A stretch of 64,000 nt of DNA from Poseidonia sp. (GTDB lineage: Archaea > Thermoplasmatota > Poseidoniia > Poseidoniales > Poseidoniaceae): NCBI RefSeq assembly GCF_029250625.1, contig NZ_JAQXEX010000036.1; one strand, written 5' to 3'. The notes beneath the pieces were generated by a model. The model was given only the letters and a program-made list of their open reading frames with translations. It ran no database searches and was not told the origin of the DNA. Position numbers and translations under genes: made by a program. Positions 1 to 9,180 of this stretch are shown piece by piece. Numbering within the stretch: the stretch's first letter is position 1; every line of letters begins with the position of its first letter.

Positions 1-284
1 AAGGTGAAGAACTGAGCATGATCATGGTAGAAGATATGTGGCCAAACGTGTCCTCATTTGAGGAAGTCTTGGAGCAAATTGACCGAGTCATGCAAGAAGA
101 CTCCGACGGCCTTGAAGAAGAATCCACAGGTTCAGAGAACCGAATGAACGCCATAGCTGAACGGGCCAGAGTTGCTGAAGAGAAAGCAGCACGCCGTCAG
201 GCACGATTGGAATCTAAGGCGGAAAAGACACAGCCGAAGGTTGAGGGCGATTTCCTCGGAGAACACGATTGGTTGGTTGAGTAG
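1..284 (+). CDS. scpA: 3' end of probable segregation/condensation protein A (ScpA kleisin), truncated by the window edge
   Basis: The frame is open to the left edge (GEELSMIMVED...) and ends in an acidic/coiled tail. It lies directly upstream of scpB, with a GGAGG RBS between them. The call rests mainly on synteny. Confidence 0.55.
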   Translation, partial: GEELSMIMVEDMWPNVSSFEEVLEQIDRVMQEDSDGLEEESTGSENRMNAIAERARVAEEKAARRQARLESKAEKTQPKVEGDFLGEHDWLVE

Positions 285-296
285 GGAGGTGCTTAC

Positions 297-908
297 ATGA
301 CAGAATTGCCCATTGAAACCCTTATCGAAGCAACACTTTTCAGTTCAGGCAAGTCAATGTCAGTGGCCGAACTTTCAACGGCTCTTGGCTACGATGAGGA
401 TGAGATGTTGGATTGTTTGTATTCGCTCCAAGCTACCTTGCGCCGAAGGAGAGGGACGTCCCTCCAATTGGCTGAAGTCGGTGTCCGTTGGGCTCTTGAA
501 GTCAAACCGTCGATCGCATCCCATCTACCAAAGGATACCAAAACCGATATGCCTCCAAAACTCTTGAAGGCGGCCGCTCTCATTGCTTACCACCAACCCA
601 TGCCACAGTCAAGACTTGTTGAACTGCTTGGGCAGAAGGCCTACGATTACGTTCGGGAATTGGCTCAACTTGGGATGGTTGACCGTAGAAAAGATGGCAA
701 CACGAGGAGGCTTTCCACAACGCGTCGTTTTTCAGAAGCATTCGGCTGTCCACATACCGATCGTAAAAAGGTCAAGGCTTGGTTTAGGGAGCAAGTGCAG
801 TCTTCAGGTCTCCTTGATGAACTCGCAGACAACAAGGAAATTTTGAAAGAAACAACCGAAGAAGAAGGCACGGTGCAATCGTCACTACCGGTATCTGAAA
901 GCGAGTGA
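297..908 (+). CDS. scpB: SMC-Scp complex subunit ScpB
   Basis: ScpB motifs IEATLFSSG, AALIAYHQP.QS.L and TT.RF..AFG. Confidence 0.93.
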   Translation: MTELPIETLIEATLFSSGKSMSVAELSTALGYDEDEMLDCLYSLQATLRRRRGTSLQLAEVGVRWALEVKPSIASHLPKDTKTDMPPKLLKAAALIAYHQPMPQSRLVELLGQKAYDYVRELAQLGMVDRRKDGNTRRLSTTRRFSEAFGCPHTDRKKVKAWFREQVQSSGLLDELADNKEILKETTEEEGTVQSSLPVSESE

Positions 909-910
909 AG

Positions 911-2209
911 TCAGCCTTGGCGCAGTTCGTTGAGCCATTCTTCCGCCATGGTCTGGGTGCGAACACCTTCGTGTTGCTGAATCCGCTGAGAAAGGAGTTC
1001 AATTTCCTCACCAATCGCTCCAGCGCTCACTGCCATGTTCTTTGAGTGAAGTTTCATGTGGCCTGCTTGAATTCCATTCGTTGAAAGTGCACGTAATGCG
1101 CCTAAATTCTGTGCAAGGCCGGCACAAACCATCACGCCCGCTAATTCTTGGGCGCTCTCGACACCGAGGATTGAAAGATTGGCCTGAGCGACGGGGTGAA
1201 CTTTCGAAGCACCTCCTACAATGCCAACGGCCATGGGGAGTTCCATGGTCCCGACCAGATTTCCGTCATCGTCCTTAACCCATGTGGACATTGAGGTATA
1301 TCGTCCATGTTCTAGGGATGTCCAAGCGTGGCTTCCGGCTTCAATGGCCCTCCAATCTTGTCCGCAGGCAACAGCAACACTGCTTATGGCGTTCATAATG
1401 CCCTTGTTGTGGGTTGCGGCTCTGAACGGGTCTTCTTCGGCGAAGACATGTGCTTCTAAGATGCCGTCAATGATGTTGAGTCCATCTTCCCTTGTCCCGT
1501 CATTTGACAATTCTTCGGGAGTGAATGTGGCTTCAACTCTGGCCAGTCGGTGGGCTGCTAGGTTGGATAGGATTCGCAGGTGTACTCTTCCTTTGGTAAG
1601 TGCTTCAATTTGAGGAGAAATGCGCTCTGCCATGGTGTTTACAGCATTGGCTCCCATGGCGTCTCTGCAATCCACCAGGAGGTGAACGATGAGCATGGTG
1701 CCCATGGGCGTTTGAAGTTGCCTCGTTTCTATGTCCTTGCACCCGCCCCCAAGTGCAATCATCCTTGATGGTATGTCGTTACAGAACGCCATCAACTTCT
1801 CTTTGGCTTCAGCAATTGCATGTTCAGCTCCGTCCAAATCCGGTACTTCAAGAACTTGGAGTTGTCCAATCATGACCGGTTTGTCGCTGTTGGTACGGAA
1901 TCCGCCTTTTGCGAGGCATCGCTTGGCCATGTTTGAGGCTGCAGCAACGACACTTGACTCTTCCAGGCAAAACGGAATGATGTAATGCGCTCCATCAATG
2001 ACAAAGTTCGTAGCCACTCCAACGGGGAGGGACATTGTTCCGATGACATTCTCTATCATGCGGTTTGCAGCTTCCTCATCCAACTCGCCGTAACGGGCCA
2101 GGGCTTCGACATGTTTTGGTTCAAGATCTGCAGCATCTGCTATCGCCTGGCGGCGCTCTTCTACAGACTTGCGAAAGAACCCCTTGAACCGACTGTTTTC
2201 CACTGGCAT
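911..2209 (-). CDS. mvaA: Hydroxymethylglutaryl-CoA reductase, class II (bacterial type)
   Basis: Motifs ENVIG, EESSVVAAAS, DAMGANAVN, RAATHNKGIMN and GIQAGHMKLH. Confidence 0.95.
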   Translation of the reverse strand: MPVENSRFKGFFRKSVEERRQAIADAADLEPKHVEALARYGELDEEAANRMIENVIGTMSLPVGVATNFVIDGAHYIIPFCLEESSVVAAASNMAKRCLAKGGFRTNSDKPVMIGQLQVLEVPDLDGAEHAIAEAKEKLMAFCNDIPSRMIALGGGCKDIETRQLQTPMGTMLIVHLLVDCRDAMGANAVNTMAERISPQIEALTKGRVHLRILSNLAAHRLARVEATFTPEELSNDGTREDGLNIIDGILEAHVFAEEDPFRAATHNKGIMNAISSVAVACGQDWRAIEAGSHAWTSLEHGRYTSMSTWVKDDDGNLVGTMELPMAVGIVGGASKVHPVAQANLSILGVESAQELAGVMVCAGLAQNLGALRALSTNGIQAGHMKLHSKNMAVSAGAIGEEIELLSQRIQQHEGVRTQTMAEEWLNELRQG

Positions 2210-2287
2210 GGTCTTTCCCCCAATTGCTCCTAAGGGCGCTCTTCCTTCAATGAATCGTTGGGGGGATGTGCCTGCTCGCTGCGAAGT

Positions 2288-2342
2288 TTAACGCTTTTAA
2301 CGCGTCTACTAACGCGTTAACGATGCGTTAATTGAGCGTTAA
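2288..2342. repeat. Symmetric array of TTAACGC/GCGTTAA heptamers around a central TAACGCGTTA palindrome
   Basis: TTAACGC at 2288 and 2297, cTAACGC at 2309; GCGTTAA at 2314, 2325 and 2336 (11-bp period). Lies in the divergent intergenic region. Confidence 0.8.
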
Positions 2343-2448
2343 TCGAAACAAAAAATGCGATTCCGTCAGCGAAATAACAGGTGCTAACGGGCTCGTGAGG
2401 GTCTCACTTTTCGTCAAAGATGATATACTTGAGGTTCGTTCCCACGGT

Positions 2449-4299
2449 ATGGTCAAAGAAAGCAATCTCTACGGCTTGCCTTTGTTGTCTGAGAACCCGT
2501 TTTCAACACGCCCTCTGGAGTCGGGTGAACTCGCCAAATTGGTTGGGCGAGATACGCTCTTCACCATGCTCAAGAATTACGTCACTCTTCGTTCTTCAAG
2601 GCGGATCTTACTGGTGGGTCCATTGGGTTCGGGAAGGACATCACTTCTAAGATGCCTCACGCCTTACTCTGGAGAATCCGCATACATTGGCCATCTTTCA
2701 GCCAACGCTCCAGCAAAAAGCCTTCTTGAGATGATGTATCAAGGTATATTGGGCATTCAAGCGCCTTCTCGCCGCGACGAGGTCGTCAAAGGCCTTGTTG
2801 ATGGCATGTATGGTTTTGGTGAGAAATTGCCCCTCATCGTTATCGATGTGCCTGCAAGTGATATGTCGGTACTGAATGTAGCCTTGCGGGATACATTAAC
2901 GGTCCTTGAACGCCTCAATGCCCTTGTCATCCTGGTCTGCGACCAACGACAGCGTCAACAACTCCCACAGGAGCTCTCCATGGCGTTTGAAGAACATCGC
3001 CTCTCAACGTTTACGCCCTCTGATGTCTTGTCTTTGGTCAAAAAGCGCCTTGCATCCGTTGGTTGTATGGATTCTGATTTCACCATGCAGGATGCAACTC
3101 GCATCCTTGAACAAACGGACGGCTATCCTGCTTTAATCATCAAGGAATTAAGAAATGCTGTGGACGTGATCCGGATGGGCAAAGATATGGGGGTAGCAAA
3201 ACAATCGTTTGATACTTCGGCCCGATTAGAAGTAAGAGACGGCCCTTCTACACTTGACCAACTGATGACGCCTCAAGATGTTGGAACGCCAACCCTTGAG
3301 CCATCTCCTGCAGCAGAGGAAGTTCTTATTGAAGCCCCTGTATTCGAAGAGACTACGGATATTATTGATGCATCCACCCCTTGGGATGAGCGATCTGCGG
3401 TTGAAGAAGACGAAGAACAATCTGCATTTGGTGGCCTTTTTGATTTGGATATTGGCGCCCTTGATGAAGCACAAGAGCTTGATGAACCTCTCCAAGCGAC
3501 GCCGTTTGATACGCCGATTATTGATGCTTCAGCTGCACTAGAAACGCCTCACTATCCTCTTCCTGTTGGGAATTTTGGCGGCCTCATACGGAGAAATAAG
3601 GGAGGGCTTTCAGCAGGCAAGGAAGAATCTGCTGATGGACAAGAGCCTTCGATTCAACAACATAAAGTGGAAACCAATGAGGGCAATGAATACTGGATTG
3701 CGGATGAGAGTCCCCCTGTGAAGCAAGCAGAGGAATTCAACGAGGACGAATCAGCAGCACTGATTCACGACGAAGTCGGTTTTGTTCAGGACGCCTTTGT
3801 GGGTGAGGAAGAAATGATTTTTGAGGCGGATGGGGGACATGAGGAACTTGAATTGAATGAATTGAGTTCACCGTCTGCGCCCGGCGAACGTGATGTCATG
3901 AACCTCTTGGCGAGGATTTTAGAGTCCATGGGGCCCCAAAGTCCGACGAATTCTATTGCAAGCGATAGCATCATGGCTTTTTTCGAATCAAAACGCAGGG
4001 AAACACTCGGCCCTAAAGAAAGTCATCCACTGGACAAACATTTGCTCTCATCCCTTTCACGTTCTGAAGCCTATGTGGTTGGGCAAGCAAACGATCGCAA
4101 TGTTTCCCCTTCTGATGAAGAAATGTTGGCCTTCTTATCGATTAAGCGTGCTCGCCTTTCTCAAATCTGCAACCGATTGCTGAGAGGTGGTATTTTGCAA
4201 GCTAGGAAGGTGGGGCGCCATCGTAAGTACGCGCTTACTCAATCTGCAAGAGCCCAATTAGAGGCATGGGGAAGTTTCCAAAGGAGTGAATCACAATGA
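2449..4299 (+). CDS. Degenerate AAA+/P-loop domain, long acidic linker and C-terminal winged HTH (Cdc6/Orc1-like architecture)
   Basis: NPF..RP....LVGR; Walker A GPLGSGRTS; Walker B LIVIDV; GYPALI; C-terminal wHTH (LSIKRARLSQICNRLLRGGILQARKVGRHRKYALT). ATG 2449 chosen over TTG 2332. Confidence 0.7.
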   Translation: MVKESNLYGLPLLSENPFSTRPLESGELAKLVGRDTLFTMLKNYVTLRSSRRILLVGPLGSGRTSLLRCLTPYSGESAYIGHLSANAPAKSLLEMMYQGILGIQAPSRRDEVVKGLVDGMYGFGEKLPLIVIDVPASDMSVLNVALRDTLTVLERLNALVILVCDQRQRQQLPQELSMAFEEHRLSTFTPSDVLSLVKKRLASVGCMDSDFTMQDATRILEQTDGYPALIIKELRNAVDVIRMGKDMGVAKQSFDTSARLEVRDGPSTLDQLMTPQDVGTPTLEPSPAAEEVLIEAPVFEETTDIIDASTPWDERSAVEEDEEQSAFGGLFDLDIGALDEAQELDEPLQATPFDTPIIDASAALETPHYPLPVGNFGGLIRRNKGGLSAGKEESADGQEPSIQQHKVETNEGNEYWIADESPPVKQAEEFNEDESAALIHDEVGFVQDAFVGEEEMIFEADGGHEELELNELSSPSAPGERDVMNLLARILESMGPQSPTNSIASDSIMAFFESKRRETLGPKESHPLDKHLLSSLSRSEAYVVGQANDRNVSPSDEEMLAFLSIKRARLSQICNRLLRGGILQARKVGRHRKYALTQSARAQLEAWGSFQRSESQ

Positions 4300-5351
4300 G
4301 TTGGAATATTGCATGGTCGTGGCAGTCTGAAGGAAGAATCGCAGCAATGGCGCCTCTTGAAGGAGGCTTATTGGTCAGTGCGGGTCTTCAACTTACAATG
4401 TTGGAGGCAGACGGCGATGAACGTTGGAGTGTAGAAGTTCCGTTCAAAGTACATGCAGCACAAGGATCTCAAGGAGTGCTGGGTTTATTGGCTGCTCATG
4501 GTTTCTATCTCATGGATACGACAACAGGAAGCATGGTCAATGAAGGCCGTAGCACGCCGGGTGGTTTCAGTGACCTCGCTCACCGGCCAGGTGGGGGATG
4601 GGTCCTAGCAGGCCGTCAAGGGCAGCTGCATCTCTTTTCTCAAGAGGGTCGAGGAATTCGTCGCGTTGAAACGGGACCGATTCGCAGGCTTGTTGGGTGG
4701 CTCGACCGTGAGCATCTTCTCTGGCAGGACCCCAGCGGGACGCTTTGGTGCGGTCGGCTAACGGGTGACGACAGAAAGCGGAAATTGGAAGACCGTGCTT
4801 GGAGTTGGTGTTCTCGCCTCGTAGAAGGTCGTTTGTTGCTTCAGAGCGGTGACGGCGGCATCTGGGAAGGCGTACCTCATCCATTTGGATGGGACCAACT
4901 TGAACGCCTTGAGCATGAATCCATTGAGCCTATGGAAGCAGTTCGCAGTGGAGATGGATGGTGGGTTTTGAGCATAGAGGGCAATCTACACGCCCTCAGT
5001 TTACCTTCCGAAGGCAGTGGGACGGAGTCCGAACCATTGGGGCTTCATATGGACCTGGGCGACCTGTTGGTTTTGTGCACGCCGGACGCCATGGCGACAG
5101 CAACTCGCAACGGCCTTGTACGAAAATGGTCGGCTCCACATCTCTCGGAGGCAGAGCGCCAAGGACGGTATAAGGCAGCAGCAGAGGCAGCCCTCGCAAG
5201 GAATTGGGACGAGCGACGCGAACTGTTCCTGCGTGCACAAGAGGCGGAGGATTTGGGTAAACTCTCGCTGGCCATCGAACTTTACGAATCGCTTGGTAGG
5301 ACTGAAGATGCCAGACGTTTGCTGAGTCGTCAAAAGGAGGGAGGCGAATGA
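4296..5351 (+). CDS. WD40/PQQ-like beta-propeller protein with C-terminal TPR-like helices
   Basis: Repeated Trp-containing beta blades (e.g. DGDERWSV, GLVRKW) and a helical C-terminus (AEDLGKLSLAIELYESLG). ATGA overlap with the upstream gene. Confidence 0.6.
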   Translation: MSWNIAWSWQSEGRIAAMAPLEGGLLVSAGLQLTMLEADGDERWSVEVPFKVHAAQGSQGVLGLLAAHGFYLMDTTTGSMVNEGRSTPGGFSDLAHRPGGGWVLAGRQGQLHLFSQEGRGIRRVETGPIRRLVGWLDREHLLWQDPSGTLWCGRLTGDDRKRKLEDRAWSWCSRLVEGRLLLQSGDGGIWEGVPHPFGWDQLERLEHESIEPMEAVRSGDGWWVLSIEGNLHALSLPSEGSGTESEPLGLHMDLGDLLVLCTPDAMATATRNGLVRKWSAPHLSEAERQGRYKAAAEAALARNWDERRELFLRAQEAEDLGKLSLAIELYESLGRTEDARRLLSRQKEGGE

Positions 5352-5647
5352 AGGAATCGCCAGACACAATCACCGTGGGCCGGGTGGAAAAATACCTGGA
5401 CATCACCAAACGGGCGAGGGCTAAGGCCACTCCTTTGGTTGAACCCAATTCCGTTGAGGGTCAGAAACTCAACACGATGCTACGAATGGCCGACGATTAT
5501 GCATCCGATGCCCGTCATTTCCTTGAAATCGGAGACCTCATTCGTGCTTTTGGGGCCATCAATTATGCACATGCTTGGATCGATGCAGGTGTGAAATTAT
5601 GCTGGCTTGATGGGCACGGTGACGACGTCCTTTTCACGCTTCCATGA
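5348..5647 (+). CDS. DUF357 family archaeal protein
   Basis: MADDYASDARHFL..GD...AFGAINYAHAWIDAG signature. Confidence 0.85.
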   Translation: MKESPDTITVGRVEKYLDITKRARAKATPLVEPNSVEGQKLNTMLRMADDYASDARHFLEIGDLIRAFGAINYAHAWIDAGVKLCWLDGHGDDVLFTLP

Positions 5648-5653
5648 ATCGTT

Positions 5654-6037
5654 CTATAGCGACTCAAGGACGTGCATTCTCGTGCCCTTGCGGACTTCAA
5701 GAATCGTCAAATTCATTTCATAAAGACGGCGTTTTAATCCAGTGTCGACCGTCAAGGTTGCACATTGCAGTTCACAAGCCATCTGAAACAGTATGTCGTC
5801 GGTATGGCGCAATTCTTCATTCTCGTTGATTCGCGTGACTGATTTGCCTTCGAGTAGTGAAAGAAGAAGACGTTTCGCAGGTGAACGTTCAGCTTCAAGG
5901 GCGTTGAGTTCAGCAAGGACTTCAGGGATGAGGATCCATTGACACGGTCCGATGAGCCGTTCCATTTCACGCTCAATGTTGATTTTAGCATCTACACAAG
6001 CGACCCATCCGCAGGCGTCAATAAGCACCTGCTGCAT
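5654..6037 (-). CDS. PIN-domain protein (Fcf1/Utp24-like), usual neighbour of eif2g
   Basis: VLID, V..EL, TDD, TVD..LKRR PIN motifs; conserved rps6e-eif2g-PIN order. Confidence 0.8.
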   Translation of the reverse strand: MQQVLIDACGWVACVDAKINIEREMERLIGPCQWILIPEVLAELNALEAERSPAKRLLLSLLEGKSVTRINENEELRHTDDILFQMACELQCATLTVDTGLKRRLYEMNLTILEVRKGTRMHVLESL

Positions 6038-6047
6038 GCCAGTGACC

Positions 6048-7286
6048 TCATTCTATGGTGCCGTAGCCAATCAAACGCCATCGTGAGCCAATGCGTCGTG
6101 ATAGCGAAATACGCTGCCCCTTGTCGGCACAAATTGGTAGTCTTAGGTCAAGATTGGTGCGATGTTTCTCAGCATTTCGAGTTACACCGACCGATGTTGC
6201 GGTAGCAACATTGAGCATCAGCATCTCATTATTACGCAACGGTTGAATTTTTTCTGGTGCTTCCCCATCGCCCGCAACCATGTGGGACATTAGATTGACG
6301 CTGATGCTCACAGAGGTGTGGACTTCGGGAAGGTCACCCTTTCGGGCAACGACTTGACCGGAGAGGTTGTCTGCTGTAGTAATGGACGGGTCAAGAAGTG
6401 TCGCCATTCCACATAGGCCACCTGCGTGCATGGCATCAAGTGATTTTCCGCCACCTTGCATGCTGCTCACAATAGCTTCGATGGGTTCCCATGTTGATTT
6501 GTTTCCGTTCTCAATTTTCCGTCCAGGTCCGATGATCACTTCGTCCCCTTCCTTGAATTCGCCTTCAACGATACTTCCTCCGATGACGCCACCACGCAGC
6601 TTGCCGGGACGTGTTCCGGGGCGATTGATGTCAAAAGAGCGTGCTACATGCATGATTGAGCGCTTGTCGCTTGAACGGTCGGGTGTAGGGATGGTGGCTT
6701 CGATTGCGTCAATGAGAATGTCAAGATTGACATCGTGGTGGGCAGACACAGGAATTACAGGTGCTGATTCGGCGATGGTTCCTTTCAGGAAGGTCATGAT
6801 TTCTTGATGGGATTCAAGAGCGCGCTCTCGTGTGACAAGGTCGATTTTGTTCTGGACAATCACGATGTTTTCAATTCCAGCGATCTCTAGAGCCATCAGG
6901 TGTTCCCGAGTTTGGGGTTGTGGGCAGGTTTCGTTGGCTGCGACCATGAGCATTGCACCGTCCATGATGGATGCGCCCGTGATCATGATGGCCATCAAGG
7001 TCTCGTGGCCAGGAGCGTCAACAAAGGATACGACTCGTTCCAATTCTTCGGCAACGTCTTTCGAACCATCAGGACGCTTTCCGGTGGCGTAATACTGTCC
7101 GTTGTCATCTTTGTAGAATGCAGTATCGGCGTAGCCGAGTTTAATCGAGATACCACGCTTTCGTTCTTCGGAGTGTGTATCGGTCCAAATTCCAGAAAGG
7201 GCTTGTGTTAGGGTCGTTTTACCGTGGTCAACGTGGCCGACAAGGCCGATGTTCACTTCAGGTTGTGCGGGAAGCTCTCTTGCCAT
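6048..7286 (-). CDS. eif2g: Translation initiation factor 2 gamma subunit (aIF-2 gamma)
   Basis: QPEVNIGLVGHVDHGKTT, RGISIKLGY, DAPGHE, QNKID, RWRLIGYG. Confidence 0.97.
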   Translation of the reverse strand: MARELPAQPEVNIGLVGHVDHGKTTLTQALSGIWTDTHSEERKRGISIKLGYADTAFYKDDNGQYYATGKRPDGSKDVAEELERVVSFVDAPGHETLMAIMITGASIMDGAMLMVAANETCPQPQTREHLMALEIAGIENIVIVQNKIDLVTRERALESHQEIMTFLKGTIAESAPVIPVSAHHDVNLDILIDAIEATIPTPDRSSDKRSIMHVARSFDINRPGTRPGKLRGGVIGGSIVEGEFKEGDEVIIGPGRKIENGNKSTWEPIEAIVSSMQGGGKSLDAMHAGGLCGMATLLDPSITTADNLSGQVVARKGDLPEVHTSVSISVNLMSHMVAGDGEAPEKIQPLRNNEMLMLNVATATSVGVTRNAEKHRTNLDLRLPICADKGQRISLSRRIGSRWRLIGYGTIE

Positions 7287-7324
7287 GCTTCCTCACCCAG
7301 TTGTTACGACGTCCCTCTCGGGGT

Positions 7325-7816
7325 TCACTCCGATGCTTCCTCTGCTTCGGTGGAAAGAATAGCGCTGAGCGACTTCTTTCCTGTTTCTACAACCTTTAGG
7401 TTGATTTGACGGGTATCTTGGGTAATGGTGTTTCCACGGAAGGTGCGTCGGCGTCGTAGTCCATCAGGCTTGTAACGGAATCGCTTCTTGTCGCCGCCCT
7501 TCTTCTTGTGGACGATGACTTGTCCCTTGTACCCTGTGGATTGAGTGACGAGGATGGATTGACGGGAGCCGCCATCCAAATCCTTACGAAGAGGTGTTCC
7601 GGTTTTGTCGGAGCCACCGGTGATTTCAAGTTTGTAGCCGGAGAGTGTTTGTTCGCCTTCTCCGACGAAGATACCGTCGACGACATCGCCGATTCGCTTT
7701 CCTAGGATTTGTGCGTGGTTGTTGCCTGTAATCTTCAATGAGTACGATTTTCCACCGTTGTCGGGGTTTGTATCATTGACTACTGCGACGAATTCGGATT
7801 GGTTTTTGCCGGACAT
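7325..7816 (-). CDS. rps6e: 30S ribosomal protein S6e
   Basis: GYKLEITGGSDKTG.P, GLRRRRTFRGN, QINLKVV. Start set to ATG 7816. Confidence 0.95.
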   Translation of the reverse strand: MSGKNQSEFVAVVNDTNPDNGGKSYSLKITGNNHAQILGKRIGDVVDGIFVGEGEQTLSGYKLEITGGSDKTGTPLRKDLDGGSRQSILVTQSTGYKGQVIVHKKKGGDKKRFRYKPDGLRRRRTFRGNTITQDTRQINLKVVETGKKSLSAILSTEAEEASE

Positions 7817-7889
7817 ACGAGCACCTCTACGAGATGTTCCGACTAACGACCCGTATTTAGCCCCATCGTATGGTACATTGGCTTCGATT

Positions 7890-9089
7890 TTATCGTAATC
7901 GCTTGGGAAGGAGCAATTCAAGCCGGCTTGCGAGGTCTGCAGGGAGGTAGTGAGGCATGCTCAGATGTGTGGTTCGTCCTCGCCCTCCCGGTACGGTTGC
8001 GACGCGAGATTCAATGAGTCCAGCAACCTCAATGGCCTTGACATATTTCCACAGAGTGGTGTGACTCTTCGCCTTTTGCTCATACTCTTCACAAACCACG
8101 GCGTAGAGTCCTTCGACATCACCCATGGTCATGGTCTCTTCCGTTTTCAATCGTCTGCACATGGCCAAGAGCGCAAGCATGACAGAGGGAGGCAGTTCGT
8201 CCACCTGCTCAAGATGAGCGGAGGTGTCCAGCGCTAGATTGTTGTTGAATGCATGGACGTCTTCAATGCTGATTTTGCGTTCCGAGTGTTCATCTTGACG
8301 GTATTCACATCGTTCTACGGCACTGCTAAGGAGTTCAATTACCATCCGTGCATCACCGCTCGGCGCTGCTTTTTCTGCCAGTAAGGTCATGATCGAGTCG
8401 CTCCATGTCCCCGGGACCAACGCAGTTTCCGCACGCTGCCGGACAATGGCTTTGAGCCCATCCAGAGTATACGGGGGTATTCGAACATGGTTGGTAATAC
8501 CAAATTTGGAGAGAACTGCTGTCTCCAGGACATCCAACACTTGTTCTTGGCTGATCAATATGAGCGAGAGAGTTCCAGTCCCTTGTTGGTCCTCGTCAAT
8601 TCTGAGCAGCTGATACAGCAATTCATCTCCTGAACGGCGCAACATGTGGTCGACCTCGTCAAGAACAACCACGAGGTGGGTCGACGAATGACGCAACATC
8701 TTTCTCAAACTCAGCAACAGTTCACCCATTGAGAGGCCACGGTCCGGGTGACCCGGGTCCAACTGGTGGAGGATGCGTTGTGCAACTCGCATGCTCGTTG
8801 AAGCATTGCGACAGTTGACATGGGCAATCTGGATGTTTCTTTTTCCTGCTAGGTGTCGGACTAAATCACGACAGAATGTCTTCGCCAGGACTGTTTTTCC
8901 AGAACCGACTGGCCCAGTGATTACTGCCCTCGATGCACCTTCAGGGGATGCGATTGCTGTGAATTTTGAAGCGAGTTCCTGTTTGATATCGTCCCGACCT
9001 ACCAGCTCTTCAGGCAAATGATCGTAATCCAATACGCTGGGGCTTGCAAGAATTGATCCCGCCCCGATTCGGTCAAGATAGCCGCTCAT
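7890..9089 (-). CDS. cdc6: Cdc6/Orc1 replication initiator
   Basis: LDYDHLPEELVGR, Walker A GPVGSGKT, VNC, Walker B VLDEVD, GDAR, C-terminal wHTH with GRGRT. Confidence 0.93.
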   Translation of the reverse strand: MSGYLDRIGAGSILASPSVLDYDHLPEELVGRDDIKQELASKFTAIASPEGASRAVITGPVGSGKTVLAKTFCRDLVRHLAGKRNIQIAHVNCRNASTSMRVAQRILHQLDPGHPDRGLSMGELLLSLRKMLRHSSTHLVVVLDEVDHMLRRSGDELLYQLLRIDEDQQGTGTLSLILISQEQVLDVLETAVLSKFGITNHVRIPPYTLDGLKAIVRQRAETALVPGTWSDSIMTLLAEKAAPSGDARMVIELLSSAVERCEYRQDEHSERKISIEDVHAFNNNLALDTSAHLEQVDELPPSVMLALLAMCRRLKTEETMTMGDVEGLYAVVCEEYEQKAKSHTTLWKYVKAIEVAGLIESRVATVPGGRGRTTHLSMPHYLPADLASRLELLLPKRLR

Positions 9090-9180
9090 AACATGGGAAT
9101 GCTCTTGTCAACCGTTCTAAAAGATGTGGTTCTGTTCACCCTCCGGAAGAGGATATTCAGAAGGTTTTACTCGATTCGTA

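Noticed and set aside
2288..2342. CRISPR or tandem-repeat interpretation of the TTAACGC array
   Set aside because: Units are 7 bp with 2-5 bp gaps and they invert orientation; there are no spacers or cas genes.
9090..9180. Possible replication origin directly upstream of cdc6
   Set aside because: Only 91 bp, with no repeated ORB-like elements or clear AT-rich unwinding element.
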